Shown here: in pieces, positions 26,461 to 40,660 of the stretch
How positions within the stretch are numbered: the first letter of the stretch is position 1
Layout: each line of letters begins with the position of its first letter
NCBI RefSeq assembly: GCF_009914755.1
Contig: NC_060933.1
Length of the DNA stretch: 64,000 bases
Direction: 5' to 3' (one strand)
Origin: the human T2T-CHM13v2.0 reference genome, Homo sapiens
Program-made: the position numbers and the translations under genes
Notes under the pieces: model-generated
Told to the model about the DNA's origin: nothing
What the model saw: only the letters and a program-made list of their open reading frames with translations
Database searches by the model: none

Positions 26461-29400
26461 CCATTCCATGCCATTCCACTCGGGTTGATTCCATTCCTTT
26501 CCATTCCATTCTTGTTGAATCCATTCCATTCCATTCTATTCCATTCGAATCCATTCCATTGCACTCGGGTTGATTCCATTCCATTCCATTCCATTCCATT
26601 GCAATCGAGTTGATTCCATTCCAATCCATTCCATTCCGTTCCGGATGATTCCATTCCATTCCATTCCATTCCATTCCATTCCATTCCTCTGCAGTCGGGT
26701 TGATTCCATTCCATTCCATTCCATTCCATTCCATTCCATTCCATTCCGTTCAATTCCATTCCATTCCATTCTATTCGGGTTAATTCCATTCCATTCCATT
26801 CCATTCCATTCCATTCCATTCCATTCCATTCCAATCGAGTTGATTCCATTCCATTCCATTCCATTCCATTCCACTCCATTCCAGTCCTTTCCATTCCATT
26901 ACACTCGGGTTGATTCCATTCTATTCCTTTCCATTCCATTCCATTCCATTGTAATCGAGTTGATTCCATTGCTTTGCATTCCATTCCATTCCATTCCATT
27001 CCGGATGATTCCATTCCATTACTTTCCATTCCATTCCTTTCCCCTGCACTAGGGTTGATTCTATTCCATTCCACTCCATTCCGTTCCATTCCATTCCATT
27101 CCATTGTATTCGGGTTAATTCTATTCCATTCCATTCCATTCCACTCCATTCCAGTCCTTTCCATTCCATTCCACTCGGGTTGATTCCATTCTATTCCTTT
27201 CCATTCCATTCCATTCCATTGCAATCGAGTTGATTCCATTCGAGTTGAATCCATTCCATTCCATTCCATTCCATTCCATTGCACACGGGTTCATTCCATT
27301 CCATTCCATTCCATTCCATTCCATTTCATTCCATTCCATTCTATTCCGTACCATTCCATTCATTCCCATTCCATTCCATTCCATTCCATGCCATTACACT
27401 CGGGTTGATTCCATTCCTTTCCATTCCATTCTTGTTGAATCCATTCCATTCCATTCTATTCCATTCGAATCCATTCCATTGCACTCGGGTTGATTCCATT
27501 CCATTCCATTCCATTCCATTCCATTTCATTCCATTCCATTCCATTACATTCGGATTGAATCTATTCAATTCCCTTACACTCCATTCCATTCCATTCCATT
27601 CCATTCCATTCCATTCCACTCCATTCCACTGCGTCAGGTTGATTGCATTCCATTCCATTCCATTCCATTCCGGATGATTCCATTCCATTGCATTCCATTC
27701 CATTCCATTCCCCTGCACTCGGGTTGATTCCATTCCATTCCATTCCATTCCATTCCGTTCCATTCCATTCCATTCCATTCTATTCCGGTTAATTCCATTC
27801 CATTCCATTCGATTCCATTCCATTCCATTCCATTCCATTGCAATCGATTTGCTTCCATTCCATTCCATTCCATTCCGTTCCGGATGATTCCATTCCATTC
27901 CATTCCATTCCATTCCATTCCATTCCTCTGCAGTCGGGTTGATTCCATTCCATTCCATTCCATTCCGTTCCATTCCATTCCATTCCGTTCAATTCCATTC
28001 CATTCCATTCTATTCGGGTTAATTCCATTCCATTCCATTCCATTCCATTCCATTCCATTCCAATCGAGTTGATTCCATTCCATTCCATTCCATTCCATTC
28101 CACTCCATTCCAGTCCTTTCCATTCCATTACACTCGGGTTGATTCCATTCTATTCCTTTCCATTCCATTCCATTCCATTCCACTCGGGTTGATTCCATTC
28201 TATTAGTTTCCATTCCATTCCATTCCCTTCCATTCCACTCTGGTTGATTCCATTCCTTTCCATTCCACTCGAATACATTCCCTCCTGTTCCACTCGGAAC
28301 GATTCCATTCCATTCCATTCCATTCCATTCCATTCCATTCCATTCCATTTCGTTCCATTCCATTCTATTCCGTATCATTCCATTCCATTCCTTTCCATTC
28401 CATTCCACTCGTGTTGATTTCATTCCTTTCCATTCCATTCGGTTTGAAGGCATTCCATTCCATTCCATTCCATTCCATTCCATTCCATTCCAGTCCATTC
28501 CATACCATTGTACTCGGGTTGATTCCATTCCATTGCATTCCATTCCATTCCATTCCATTCCATTCCGTTGCATTCCATTCCATTACATTCGGATTGATTC
28601 TATTCAACTCCCTTACTCTCCATTACATTCCATTCCATTCGGGTTGTTCCATTCCATTCCATTCCATTCCACTCCATTCCATTGCACTCGGATTGATTCC
28701 ATTCCATTCCATTCCATTCCGGATGATTCCATTCCATTGCATTCCGTTCCATTACATTCCCCTGCACTCGGGTTGATTCCATTCCATTCCATTCCTTTCC
28801 ATTCGATTCCATTCCATTCCAATTCTTTCCATTCCATTCTATTCCGTACCATTCCATTCCATTCCATACAATTCCATTCCATTCCATTCCACTCCGTTCC
28901 ATTCCGTTCCGTTCCGTTCCGTTCCATTCCATTCCATTCCATTCTATTCGGTTTAATTCCATTCCATTCCATTCCATTCCATTCCATTCTATTCCATTCC
29001 ATTGCAATCGAGTTGAATCCATTGCATTCCATTCCATTCCATTCCATTCCATTCCGGAAGATTCCATTCCATTCCATTCCATTCCATTCCATTCCATTCC
29101 ATTGTACTCGGGTTGATTCCATTCCATTGCATTCCATTCCATTCCATTCCATTCCATTCCATTCCGTTCCATTCCATTCCATTCTATTCCATTCCATTGC
29201 AATCGAGTTGAATCCATTGCATTCCATTCCATTCCATTCCATTGCATTCCGGAAGATTCCATTCCATTGCATTCCATTCCATTCCATTCCATTCCATTCC
29301 ATTCCATTCCATTCCATTGCACTCGGGTTGATTCCACTCCATTCCATTCCATTCCATTCCGGATGATTCCATTCCATTGCATTCCGTTGCATTCCATTCC

Positions 29401-32400
29401 CCTGCACTCGGGTTGATTCCATTCCATTCCATTCCATTCCATTCCATTCCATTCCATTCCATTCCTTTCCATTCCAGTCTTTTCCATTCCATTCCACTCG
29501 GGTTGATTCCATTCTATTAGTTTCCATTCCATTCCATTCCCTTCCATTCCACTCTGGTTGATTCCATTCCTTTCCATTCCACTCGAATACATTCCCTGCT
29601 ATTCCACTCGGAACGATTCCATTCCATTCCATTCCATTCCATTCCATTCCATTTCGTTCCATTCCATTCTGTTCCGTATCATTCCATTCCATTCCATTCC
29701 ATTCCATTCCATTCCATTCCACTCGTGTTGATTCCATTCCTTTCCATTCCATTCGGTTTGAAGGCATTCGATTCCATTCCATTCCATTCCTTTCCATTCC
29801 TTTCCATTGTACTCTGGTTGATTCCATTCCATTGCATTCCATTCCATGCCATTCCATTCCATTCCATTCCATTCCATTCCGTTCCATTCCATTCCATTAC
29901 ATTCGGGTTGATTCTATTCAACTCCCTTACTCTCCATTACATTCCATTCCATTCGGGTTGTTCCATTCCATTCCATTCCATTCCACTCCATTCCATTGCA
30001 CTCGGGTTGATTCCATTCCATTCCATTCCATTCCATTCCATTCCGGATGATTCCATTCCATTGCATTCCGTTCCATTCCATTCCCCTGCACTCGCGTTGA
30101 TTCCATTCCATTCCATTCCATTCCATTCAATTCCATTCCATTACAATTCGTTCCATTCCATTCTATTCCGTACCATTCCATTCCATTCCATAACATTCCA
30201 TTCCATTCCATTCCATTCCATTCCATTCCATTCCGTTCCATTCCGTTCCATTCCTTTCCATTCCATTCTATTCGGGTTAATTCCATTCCATTCCATTCCA
30301 TTCCATTCCATTCCATTCCATTCCATTCCATTCTATTCCATTCCATTGCAATCGAGTTGAATCAATTGCATTTCGTTCCATTCCATTCCATTCCATTCCA
30401 TTCCGGAAGATTCCATTCCATTGCATTGCATTCCATTCCATTCCCCTGCACTCGCGTTGATTCCATTCCATTCCATTCCATTCCATTCCATCCATTCCAT
30501 TCCGTTTCGTTCCATTCCATTCCATTCCATTCCGTTCCGTTCCATTCCATTCCATTCCATTCTATTCGGGTTAATTCCATTCCATTCCATTCGATTGCAA
30601 TCGAGTTGATTCCATTCCATTCCACTCCATTCCATTCCATTCCATTCCATTCCTTTCCATTCCATTACGGATGATTCCATTCCATTGCATTCCATTCCAT
30701 ACCATTCCCCTGTACTCGGGTTGATTCCATTCCATTCCATTCCAATCCATGCCATTCCACTCGTGTTGATTCCATTCTTTCCATTCCGTTCAAGTTGAAT
30801 CCATTCCATTGCATTCCATTCCATTCCATTCCCCTGCAGTCGGGTTGTTTCCATTCCATTCCATTCCATTCCATTCCGTTCCGTTCCATTCCATTCCATT
30901 CCATTACATTCTATTCGGGTTAATTCCATTCCATTCCATTCCATTCCATTCCATTCCATTCCATTCCATTCCATTCCATTCCAATCGAGTTGATTCCATT
31001 CCATTCCATTCCATTCCATTCCATTCCACTCCATTCCAGTCCTTTCCATTCCATTCCACTCGGGTTGATTCCAATGTATTCCATTCCATTCCATTCCATT
31101 CCATTCCATTACAATCGAGTTGATTCCATTCCATTCCATTCCATTCCAGTCCTTTCCATTCCATTCCTCTCGGGTTGATTCCATTCTATTCGTTTCCATT
31201 CCATTCCATTCCCTTCCATTCCACTCTGGTTGATTCCATTCCTTTCCATTCCACTCGAATACATTCCCTCCTATTCCACTCGGAACGATTCCATTCCATT
31301 CCATTCCATTCCATTCCATTCCATTCCATTCCATTCCATTCCATTGTACTCGGGTTGATTCAATTCCATTGCATTCCATTCCATTCCATTCCATTCCATT
31401 CCATTCCGTTGCATTAAATTCCATTACATTCGGATTGATTCTATTCAACTACCTTACTCTCCATTACATTCCATTCCATTCGGGTTGTTCCATTCCATTC
31501 CATTCCATTCCACTCCATTCCATTGCACTCGGGTTGATTCCATTCCATTCCATTCCATTCCATTCCATTCCATTCCATTCCATTCCGGATGATTCCATTC
31601 CATTGCATTCCGTTCCATTACATTCCCCTGCACTCGCGTTGATTCCATTCCATTCCATTGAATTCCATTCCATTACAATTCGTTCCATTCCATTCTATTC
31701 CGTACCATTCCATTCCATTCCATACCATTCCATTCCATTCCATTCCATTCCCTTCCGTTCCATTCCGTTCCATTCCATTCCATTCCATTCTCTTCGAATT
31801 AATTCCATTCCATTCCATTCCATTCCATTCTATTCCATTCCATTGCAATCGAGTTGAATCCATTGCATTTCATTCCATTCCATTCCATTCCATTCCATTC
31901 CGGAAGATTCCATTCCATTGCATTCCATTCCATTCCATTCCCCTGCACTCGCGTTGATTCCATTCCATTCCATTCCATTCCATTCCATTCCATTCCATTC
32001 CGTTCCGTTCCATTCCATTCCATTCCATTCCATTCCGTTCCGTTCCATTCCATTCCATTCCATTCTATTCCGGTTAATTCCATTCCATTCCATTGGATTG
32101 CAGTCGAGTTGATTCCATTCCATTCCATTCCATTCCATTCCATTCCATTCCATTCCAATCGAGTTGATTCCATTCCATTCCATTCCATTCCATTCCATTC
32201 CACTCCATTCCAGTCCTTTCCATTCCATTCCACTCGGGTTGATTCCAATTTATTCCTTTCCATTCCAGTCCATTCCATTGCAATCGAGTTGATTCCATTG
32301 CTTTGCATTCCATTCCATTCCATTCCATTCCGGATGATTCCTTTCCATTGCATTGCATTCCATTCCATTCCCCTGTACTCGGGTTGATTCCATTCCATTC

Positions 32401-34149
32401 CACTCCATTCCGTTCCATTCCATTCCATTCCATTGTGTTCGGGTTAATTCCATTCCATTCGATTCCATTCCATTCCATTCCATTACAATCGAGTTGATTC
32501 CATTCCATTCCATTCCATTCCAGTCCTTTCCATTCCATTCCACTCGGGTTGATTCCATTCTATTAGTTTCCATTCCATTCCATTCCCTTCCATTCCACTC
32601 TGGTTGATACCATTCCTTTCCATTCCACTCGAATACATTCCCTCCTATTCCACTCGGAACGATTCCATTCCATTGCATTCCATTCCATTCCATTCCATTC
32701 CATTTCGTTCCATTCCATTCTATTCCGTATCATTCCATTCCATTCCATTCGATTCCATTCCATTCCATTCCATTCCATTCCATTCCATTGTACTCAGGTT
32801 GATTCAATTCCATTGCATTCCATTCCATTCCATTCCATTCCATTCCATTCCGTTGCATTCCATTCCATTACATTCGGATTGATTCTATTCACCTCCCTTA
32901 CTCTCCATTACATTCCATTCCATTCGGGTTGTTCCATTCCATTCCATTCCATTCCACTCCATTCCATTGCACTCGGGTTGATTCCATTCCATTCCATTCC
33001 ATTCCATTCCATTCCATTCCATTCCGGATGATTCCATTCCATTGCATTCCGTTCCATTACATTCCCCTGCACTCGCGTTGATTCCATTCCATTCCATTCA
33101 ATTCCATTCCATTACAATTCGTTCCATTCCATTCTATTCCGTACCATTCCATTCCATTCCATAGCATTCCATTCCATTCCATTCCATTCCATTCCGTTCC
33201 ATTCCGTTCCATTCCATTCCATTCCATTCTATTCGGATTAATTCCGTTCCATTCCATTCCATTCCATTCTATTCCATTCCATTGCAATCGAGTTGAATCC
33301 ATTGCATTTCATTCCATTCCATTCCATTCCATTCCATTCCATTCCGGAAGATTCCATTCCATTGCATTCCATTCCATTCCATTCCCCTGCACTCACGTTG
33401 ATTCCATTCCATTCCATTCCATTCCATTCCATTCCATTAAGTTCCGTTCCATTCCATTCCATTCCATTCCGTTCCGTTCCATTCCATTCCATTCCATTCT
33501 ATTCGGGTTAATTCCATTCCATTCCATTCGATTGCAATCGAGTTGATTCCATTCCATTCCATTCCATTCCATTCCATTCCATTCCCTTCCTTTCCATTCC
33601 ATTACGGATGATTCCATTCCATTGCATTCCATTCCATTCCATTCCCCTGTACTCGGATTGATTCCATTCCATTCTATTCCAATCCATGCCATTACACTCG
33701 TGTTGATTCCATTCTTTCCATTCCATTCAGGTGAATCCATTCCATTGCATTCCATTCCATTCCATTCCCCTGCAGTCGGGTTGATTCCATTCCATTCCAT
33801 TCCATTCCATTCCATTCCATTCCATTCCATTCCGTTCCGTTCCATTCCATTCCATTCCATTCTATTCGGGTTAATTCCATTCCATTCCATTCCATTCCAT
33901 TCCAATCGAGTTGATTCCATTCCATTCCATTCCATTCCATTCCACTCCATTCCAGTCCTTTCCATTCCATTCCACTCGGGTTGATTCCAATGTATTCCTT
34001 TCCATTCCATTCCATTCCATTGCAATCGAGTTGATTCCATTGCTTTGCATTCCATTCCATTCCAATCCATTCCGGATGATTCCATTCCATTGCATTCCGT
34101 TCCACTACGTTCCCCTGCACTCGGGTTGATTCCATTCCATTCCTTTCCA

Positions 34150-37100
34150 TTCCATTCGATTCCATTCCATTCCTTTCCGTTCCATTCCATTCCATTCCAT
34201 TCCATTCCATTCCGTTCCGTTCCATTCCATTCCATTCCATTCTATTCGGGTTAATTCCATTCCATTCCATTCGATTGCAATCGAGTTGATTCCATTCCAT
34301 TCCATTCCATTCCATTCCATTCCATTCCAGTCCTTTCCATTCCTTTCCATTCCATTACTGATGATTCCATTCCATTGCATTCCATTCCATTCCATTCCCC
34401 TGTACTCGGGTTGATTCCATTCCATTCCATTCCAATCCATGCCATTCCACTCGTGTTGATTCCATTCTTTCCTTTCCATTCAAGTTGAATCCATTCCATT
34501 GCATTCCATTCCATTTGAATCCATTCAATTGCACTCGGGTTGATTCCATTCCATTGCATTCCATTCCATTCCATAACATTCCATTCCATTCCGTTCCATT
34601 CCATTTCATTACATTCAGATAGATTCTATTGAATTCCCTTACACTCCATTATATTCCAGTCCATTCTGGTTGTCTCCATTCCATTCCATTCCATTTCACT
34701 CCATTCCATTGCACTCGGGTTGATTCCATTCCATTGCATTCCATTGCATTCCATTCCATTCCATTCCGGATGATTCCATTCCATTGCATTCCATTCCATT
34801 CCATTCCCCTGCACTCGGGTTGATTCCATTCCATTCCATTCCATTACATTCCGTTCCATTCCATTCCATTCCATTCGGATTGATTCTATTCAATTCCCTT
34901 ACACTCCATTACATTCCATTCCATTCGGGTAGTTTCCATTCCATTCCATTCCATTCCTCTCCATTCCATTGCACTCGGGTTGATTTCATTCCATTCCATT
35001 CCATTCCATTCCATTCCATTCCATTACATTACATTACATTCCATTCCGTTCCATTGTACTCGGGTTGATTCCATTCCATTGCATTCCATTCCATTCCATT
35101 CCATTCCAATCCATTCCATTCCATTCCGTTCCATTCCATTACATTCGGATTGATTCTATTCAACTCCCTTACTCTCCATTACATTCCATTCCATTCGGGT
35201 TGTTCCATTCCATTCCATTCCATTCCACTCCATTCCATTGCGCTCGGGTTGATTCCATTCCATTCCATTCCATTCCATTCCATTCCATTCCGGATGATTC
35301 CATTCCATTGCATTCCGTTCCATTACATTCCCGTGCACTCGGGTTGATTCCATTCCATTCCATTCCATTCCATTCGATACCATTCCATTCCAATTCTTTC
35401 CATTCCATTCTATTCCGTACCATTCCATTCCATTCCATACAATTGCATTCCATTCCATTCCACAACGTTCCGTTCCGTTCCGTTCTTTTCCGTTCCATTC
35501 CATTCCATTCCATTCTATTCGGTTTAATTCCATTCCATTCCATTCCATTCCATTCCATTCTATTCCATTCCATTGCAATACAGTTGAATCCATTGCATTC
35601 CATTCCGTTCCATTCCATTCCGTTCCATTCCGGAAGATTCCATTCCATTGCATTCCATTCCATTCCATTCCATTCCATTGTACTCGGGTTGATTCCATTC
35701 CATTGCATTCCATTGAATTCCATTCCATTCCATTCCATTCCGTTCCATTCCATTCCATTCCATTCGGATTGATTCTTTTCAACTCCCTTACTCTCCATTA
35801 CATTCCATTCCATTCGGGTTGTTCCATTCCATTCCATTCCATTCCACTCCATTCCATTGCACTCGGGTTGATTCCATTCCATTCCATTCCATTCCATTGC
35901 ATTCCGGATGATTCCATTCCATTGCATTCCGTTCCATTACATTCTCCTGCACTCGGCTTGATTCCATTCCATTCCTTTCCATTCCATTCGATTCCATTCC
36001 ATTCCCCGGCACTCGCGTAGATTACATTCCATTCCATTCCATTCCATTCCATTCCATTCCATTCCTTTCCGTTCCATTCCATTCCATTCCATTCCGTTCC
36101 GTTCCATTCCATTCCATTCCATTCTATTCGGGTTAATTCCATTCCATTCCATTCGATTGCAATCGAGTTGATTCCATTCCATTCCATTCCATTCCATTCC
36201 ATTCCATTCCATTCCTTTCCATTCCATTACGAATGATTCCATTCCATTGCATTCCATTCCATTCCATTCCATTCCGTTCCGTTCCATTCCATTCCATTCC
36301 AACCTATTCGGGTTAATTCCATTCCATTCCATTCCATTCCATTCCATTCCATTCCATTCCATTCCATTCAATTCCATTCCATTCCGTTCCGTTCCGTTCC
36401 ATTCCATTCCACTCCATTCTATTCGGGTTAATTCCATTCCATTCCATTCGATTGCAATCGAGTTGATTCCATTCCATTCCATTCCATTCCATTCCATTCC
36501 ATTCCAATCGAGTTGATTCCATTCCATTCCATTCCATTCCATTCCACTCCATTCCAGTGCTTTCCATTCCATTCCACTCGGGTTGATTCCAATGTATTCC
36601 TTTCAATTCCATTCCATTGCATTGCAATCGAGTTGATTCCATTGCTTTGCATTCCATTCCATTCCATTCCATTCCGGATGATTTCATTCCATTGCATTCC
36701 ATTCCATTCCATTCCCCTGCACTCGGGTTGATTCCATTCCATTCCACTCTATTCCGTTCCATTCCATTCCAATCCAATGTATTCGGGTTAATTCCATTCC
36801 ATTCCATTCCATTCTATTCCATTCCATTCCATTCCATTCCATTACAATCGAGTTGATTCCATTCCATTCCATTCCATTCCAGTCCTTTCCATTCCATTCC
36901 ACTCGGGTTGATTCCATTCTATTAGTTTCCATTACATTCCCTTCCCTTCCATTCCACTCTTGTTGATACCATTCCTTTCCATTCCACTCGAATACATTCC
37001 CTCCTATTCCACTCGGAACGATTCCATTCCATGGCATTCCATTCCATTCCATTCCATTTCGTTCCATTCCATTCTATTCCGTATCATTCCATTCCATTCC

Positions 37101-40100
37101 ATTCCATTCCATTCCATTCCATTCCATTCCATTGTACTCAGGTTGATTCAATTCCATTGCATTCCATTCCATTCCATTCCATTCCATTCCATTCCGTTGC
37201 ATTCCATTCCATTACATTCGGATTGATTCTATTCAACTCCCTTACTCTCCATTACATTCCATGCCATTCGGGTTGTTCCATTCCATTCCATTCCATTCCA
37301 CTCCATTCCATTGCACTCGGGTTGATTCCATTCCATTCCATTCCATTCCATTCCATTCCATTCCATTCCATTCCGGATGATTCCATTCCATTGCATTCCG
37401 TTCCATTACATTCCCCTGCACTCGCGTTGATTCCATTCCATTCCATTCAATTCCATTCCATTACAATTCGTTCCATTCCATTCTATTCCGTACCATTCCA
37501 TTCCATTCCATACCATTCCATTCCATTCCATTCCATTCCATTCCGTTCCGTTCCATTCCGTTCCATTCCATTCCATTCCATTCTATTCGGATTAATTCCA
37601 TTCCATTCCATTCCATTCCATTCTATTCCATTCCATTGCAATCGAGTTGAATCCATTGCATTTCATTCCATTCCATTCCGTTCCATTCCATTCCGGAAGA
37701 TTCCATTCCATTGCATTCCATTCCATTCCATTCCCCTGCACTCGCGTTGATTCCATTCCATTCCATTCCATTCCATTCCATTCCATTCCATTCCGTTCCG
37801 TTCCATTCCATTCCATTCCATTCCATTCCATTCCATTCCATTCTGTTCCGTTCCATTCCATTCCATTCCATTCTATTCGGGTTAATTCCATTCCATTCCT
37901 TTCGATTTCAATCGAGTTGATTCCATTCCATTCTATTCCATTCCATTCCATTCCATTCCATTCCTTTCCATTCCATTACGGATGATTCCATTCCATTGCA
38001 TTCCATTCCATTCCATTCCCCTGTACTCGGGTTGATTCCATTCCATTCTATTCCAATCCATGCCATTCCACTCGTGTTGATTCCATTCTTTCCATTCCAT
38101 TCAAGTTGAATCCATTCCATTGCATTCCATTCCATTCGATTCCATTCGATTGCACTCGGGTTGATTCCATTCCATTGCATTCCATTCCATTCCATTACAT
38201 TCCATTCCATTCCGTTCCATTCCATTTCATTACATTCAGATAGATTCTATTGAATTCCCTTACACTCCATTATATTCCAATCCATTCTGGTTGTCTCCAT
38301 TCCATTCCAATCCATTTCACTCCATTCCATTGCACTCGGGTTGATTCCATTCTATTCCATTCCATTGCATTCCATTCCATTCCATTCCGGATGATTCCAT
38401 TCCATTGCATTCCATTCCATTCCATTCCCCTGCACTCGGGTTGATTCCATTCCATTCCATTCCATTACATTCCGTTCCATTCCATTCCATTCCATTCGGA
38501 TTGATTCTATTCAATTCCCTTACACTCCATTACATTACATTCCATTCGGGTAGTTTCCATTCCATTCCATTCCATTCCTCTCCATTCCATTGCACTCGGG
38601 TTGATTTCATTCCATTCCATTCCATTCCATTCCATTCCATTCCATTACATTACATTCCATTCCGTTCCATTGTACTCGGGTTGATTCCATTCCATTGCAT
38701 TCCATTCCATTCCATTCCATTCCAATCCATTCCATTCCATTCCGTTCCATTCCATTACATTCGGATTGATTCTATTCAACTCCCTTACTCTCCATTACAT
38801 TCCATTCCATTCGGGTTGTTCCATTCCATTCCATTCCATTCCACTCCATTCCATTGCGCTCGGGTTGATTCCATTCCATTCCATTCCATTCCATTCCATT
38901 CCATTCCATTCCGGATGATTCCATTCCATTGCATTCCGTTCCATTACATTCCCATGCACTCGGGTTGATTCCATTCTATTCCATTCCATTCCATTCGATA
39001 CCATTCCATTCCAATTCTTTCCATTCCATTCTATTCCGTACCATTCCATTCCATTCCATACAATTGCATTCCATTCCATTCCACAGCGTTCCGTTCCGTT
39101 CCGTTCTTTTCCGTTCCATTCCATTCCATTCCATTCTATTCGGTTTAATTCCATTCCATTCCATTCCATTCCATTCCATTCTATTCCATTCCATTGCAAT
39201 ACAGTTGAATCCATTGCATTCCATTCCATTCCATTCCATTCCGTTCCATTCCGGAAGATTCCATTCCATTGCATTCCATTCCATTCCATTCCATTCCATT
39301 GTACTCGGGTTGATTCCATTCCATTGCATTCCATTGAATTCCATTCCATTCCATTCCATTCCGTTCCATTCCATTCCATTCCATTCGGATTGATTCTTTT
39401 CAACTCCCTTACTCTCCATTACATTCCATTCCATTCGGGTTGTTCCATTCCATTCCATTCCATTCCACTCCATTCCATTGCACTCGGGTTGATTCCATTC
39501 CATTCCATTCCATTCCATTGCATTCCGGATGATTCCATTCCATTGCATTCCGTTCCATTACATTCTCCTGCACTCGGCTTGATTCCATTCCATTCCTTTC
39601 CATTCCATTCGATTCCATTCCATTCCCCGGCACTCGCGTAGATTCCATTCCATTCCATTCCATTCCATTCCATTCCATTCCTTTCCGTTCCATTCCATTC
39701 CATTCCATTCCGTTCCGTTCCATTCCATTCCATTCCATTCTATTCGGGTTAATTCCATTCCATTCCATTCGGTTGCAATCGAGTTGATTCCATTCCATTC
39801 CATTCCATTCCATTCCATTCCATTCCAGTCCTTTCCATTCCTTTCCATTCCATTACTGATGATTCCATTCCATTGCATTCCATTCCATTCCATTCCCCTG
39901 TACTCGGGTTGATTCCATTCCATTCCATTCCATTCCAATCCATGCCATTCCACTCGTGTTGATTCCATTCTTTCCTTTCCATTCAAGTTGAATGCATTCC
40001 ATTGCATTCCATGGCATTCGATTAAATTCGATTGCACTCGGGTTGATTCCATTCCATTGCATTCCATTCCATTCCATTCCATTCCATTCCGTTCCATTCC

Positions 40101-40660
40101 ATTTCATTACATTCAGATTGATTCTATTCAATACCCTTACACTCCATTATATTCCAATCCATTCTGGTTGTTTCCATTCCATTCCATTCCATTTCACTCC
40201 ATTCCATTGCACTCGGGTTGATTCCATTCCATTCCATTCCATTGCATTCCATTCCATTCCATTCCGGATGATTCCATTCCATTGCATTCCATTCCATTCC
40301 ATTCCCCTGCACTCGGGTTGATTCCATTCCATTCCATTCCATTACATTCCGTTCCATTCCATTCCATTCCATTCGGATTGATTCTATTCAATTCCCTTAC
40401 ACTCCATTACATTCCATTCCATTCGGGTAGTTTCCATTCCATTCCATTCCATTCCTCTCTATTCCATTGCACTCGGGTTGATTCCATTCCATTCCAATCC
40501 ATTCAATTCCATTCCATTCCATTCCATTCCATTCCATTACATTACATTCCATTCCATTCCGTTCCATTGTACTCGGGTTGATTCCATTCCATAGCATTCC
40601 ATTCCATTCCATTCCATTCCATTCCATTCCATTCCGTTCCATTCCATTACATTCGTATTG
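34150..40660 (-). repeat. Mosaic duplication block: ~1.6-kb segment repeated at offset 3621, with a further partial copy at offset ~5498
   Basis: ACATTCAGATAGATTCTATTGAA at 34611 and 38232; TGCAATACAGTTG and CGCGTAGATT at the same offset; ORF trio 34649/38270/40147; CCATTACTGATG at ~34352 and ~39850. Confidence 0.83.

Noticed and set aside
34611-39850. 3621-bp offset resembling the ~3.6-kb DYZ1 (Yq12) unit
   Set aside because: Only ~1.6 kb is repeated at this offset and the period is not sustained across the window, unlike a homogeneous DYZ1 array.
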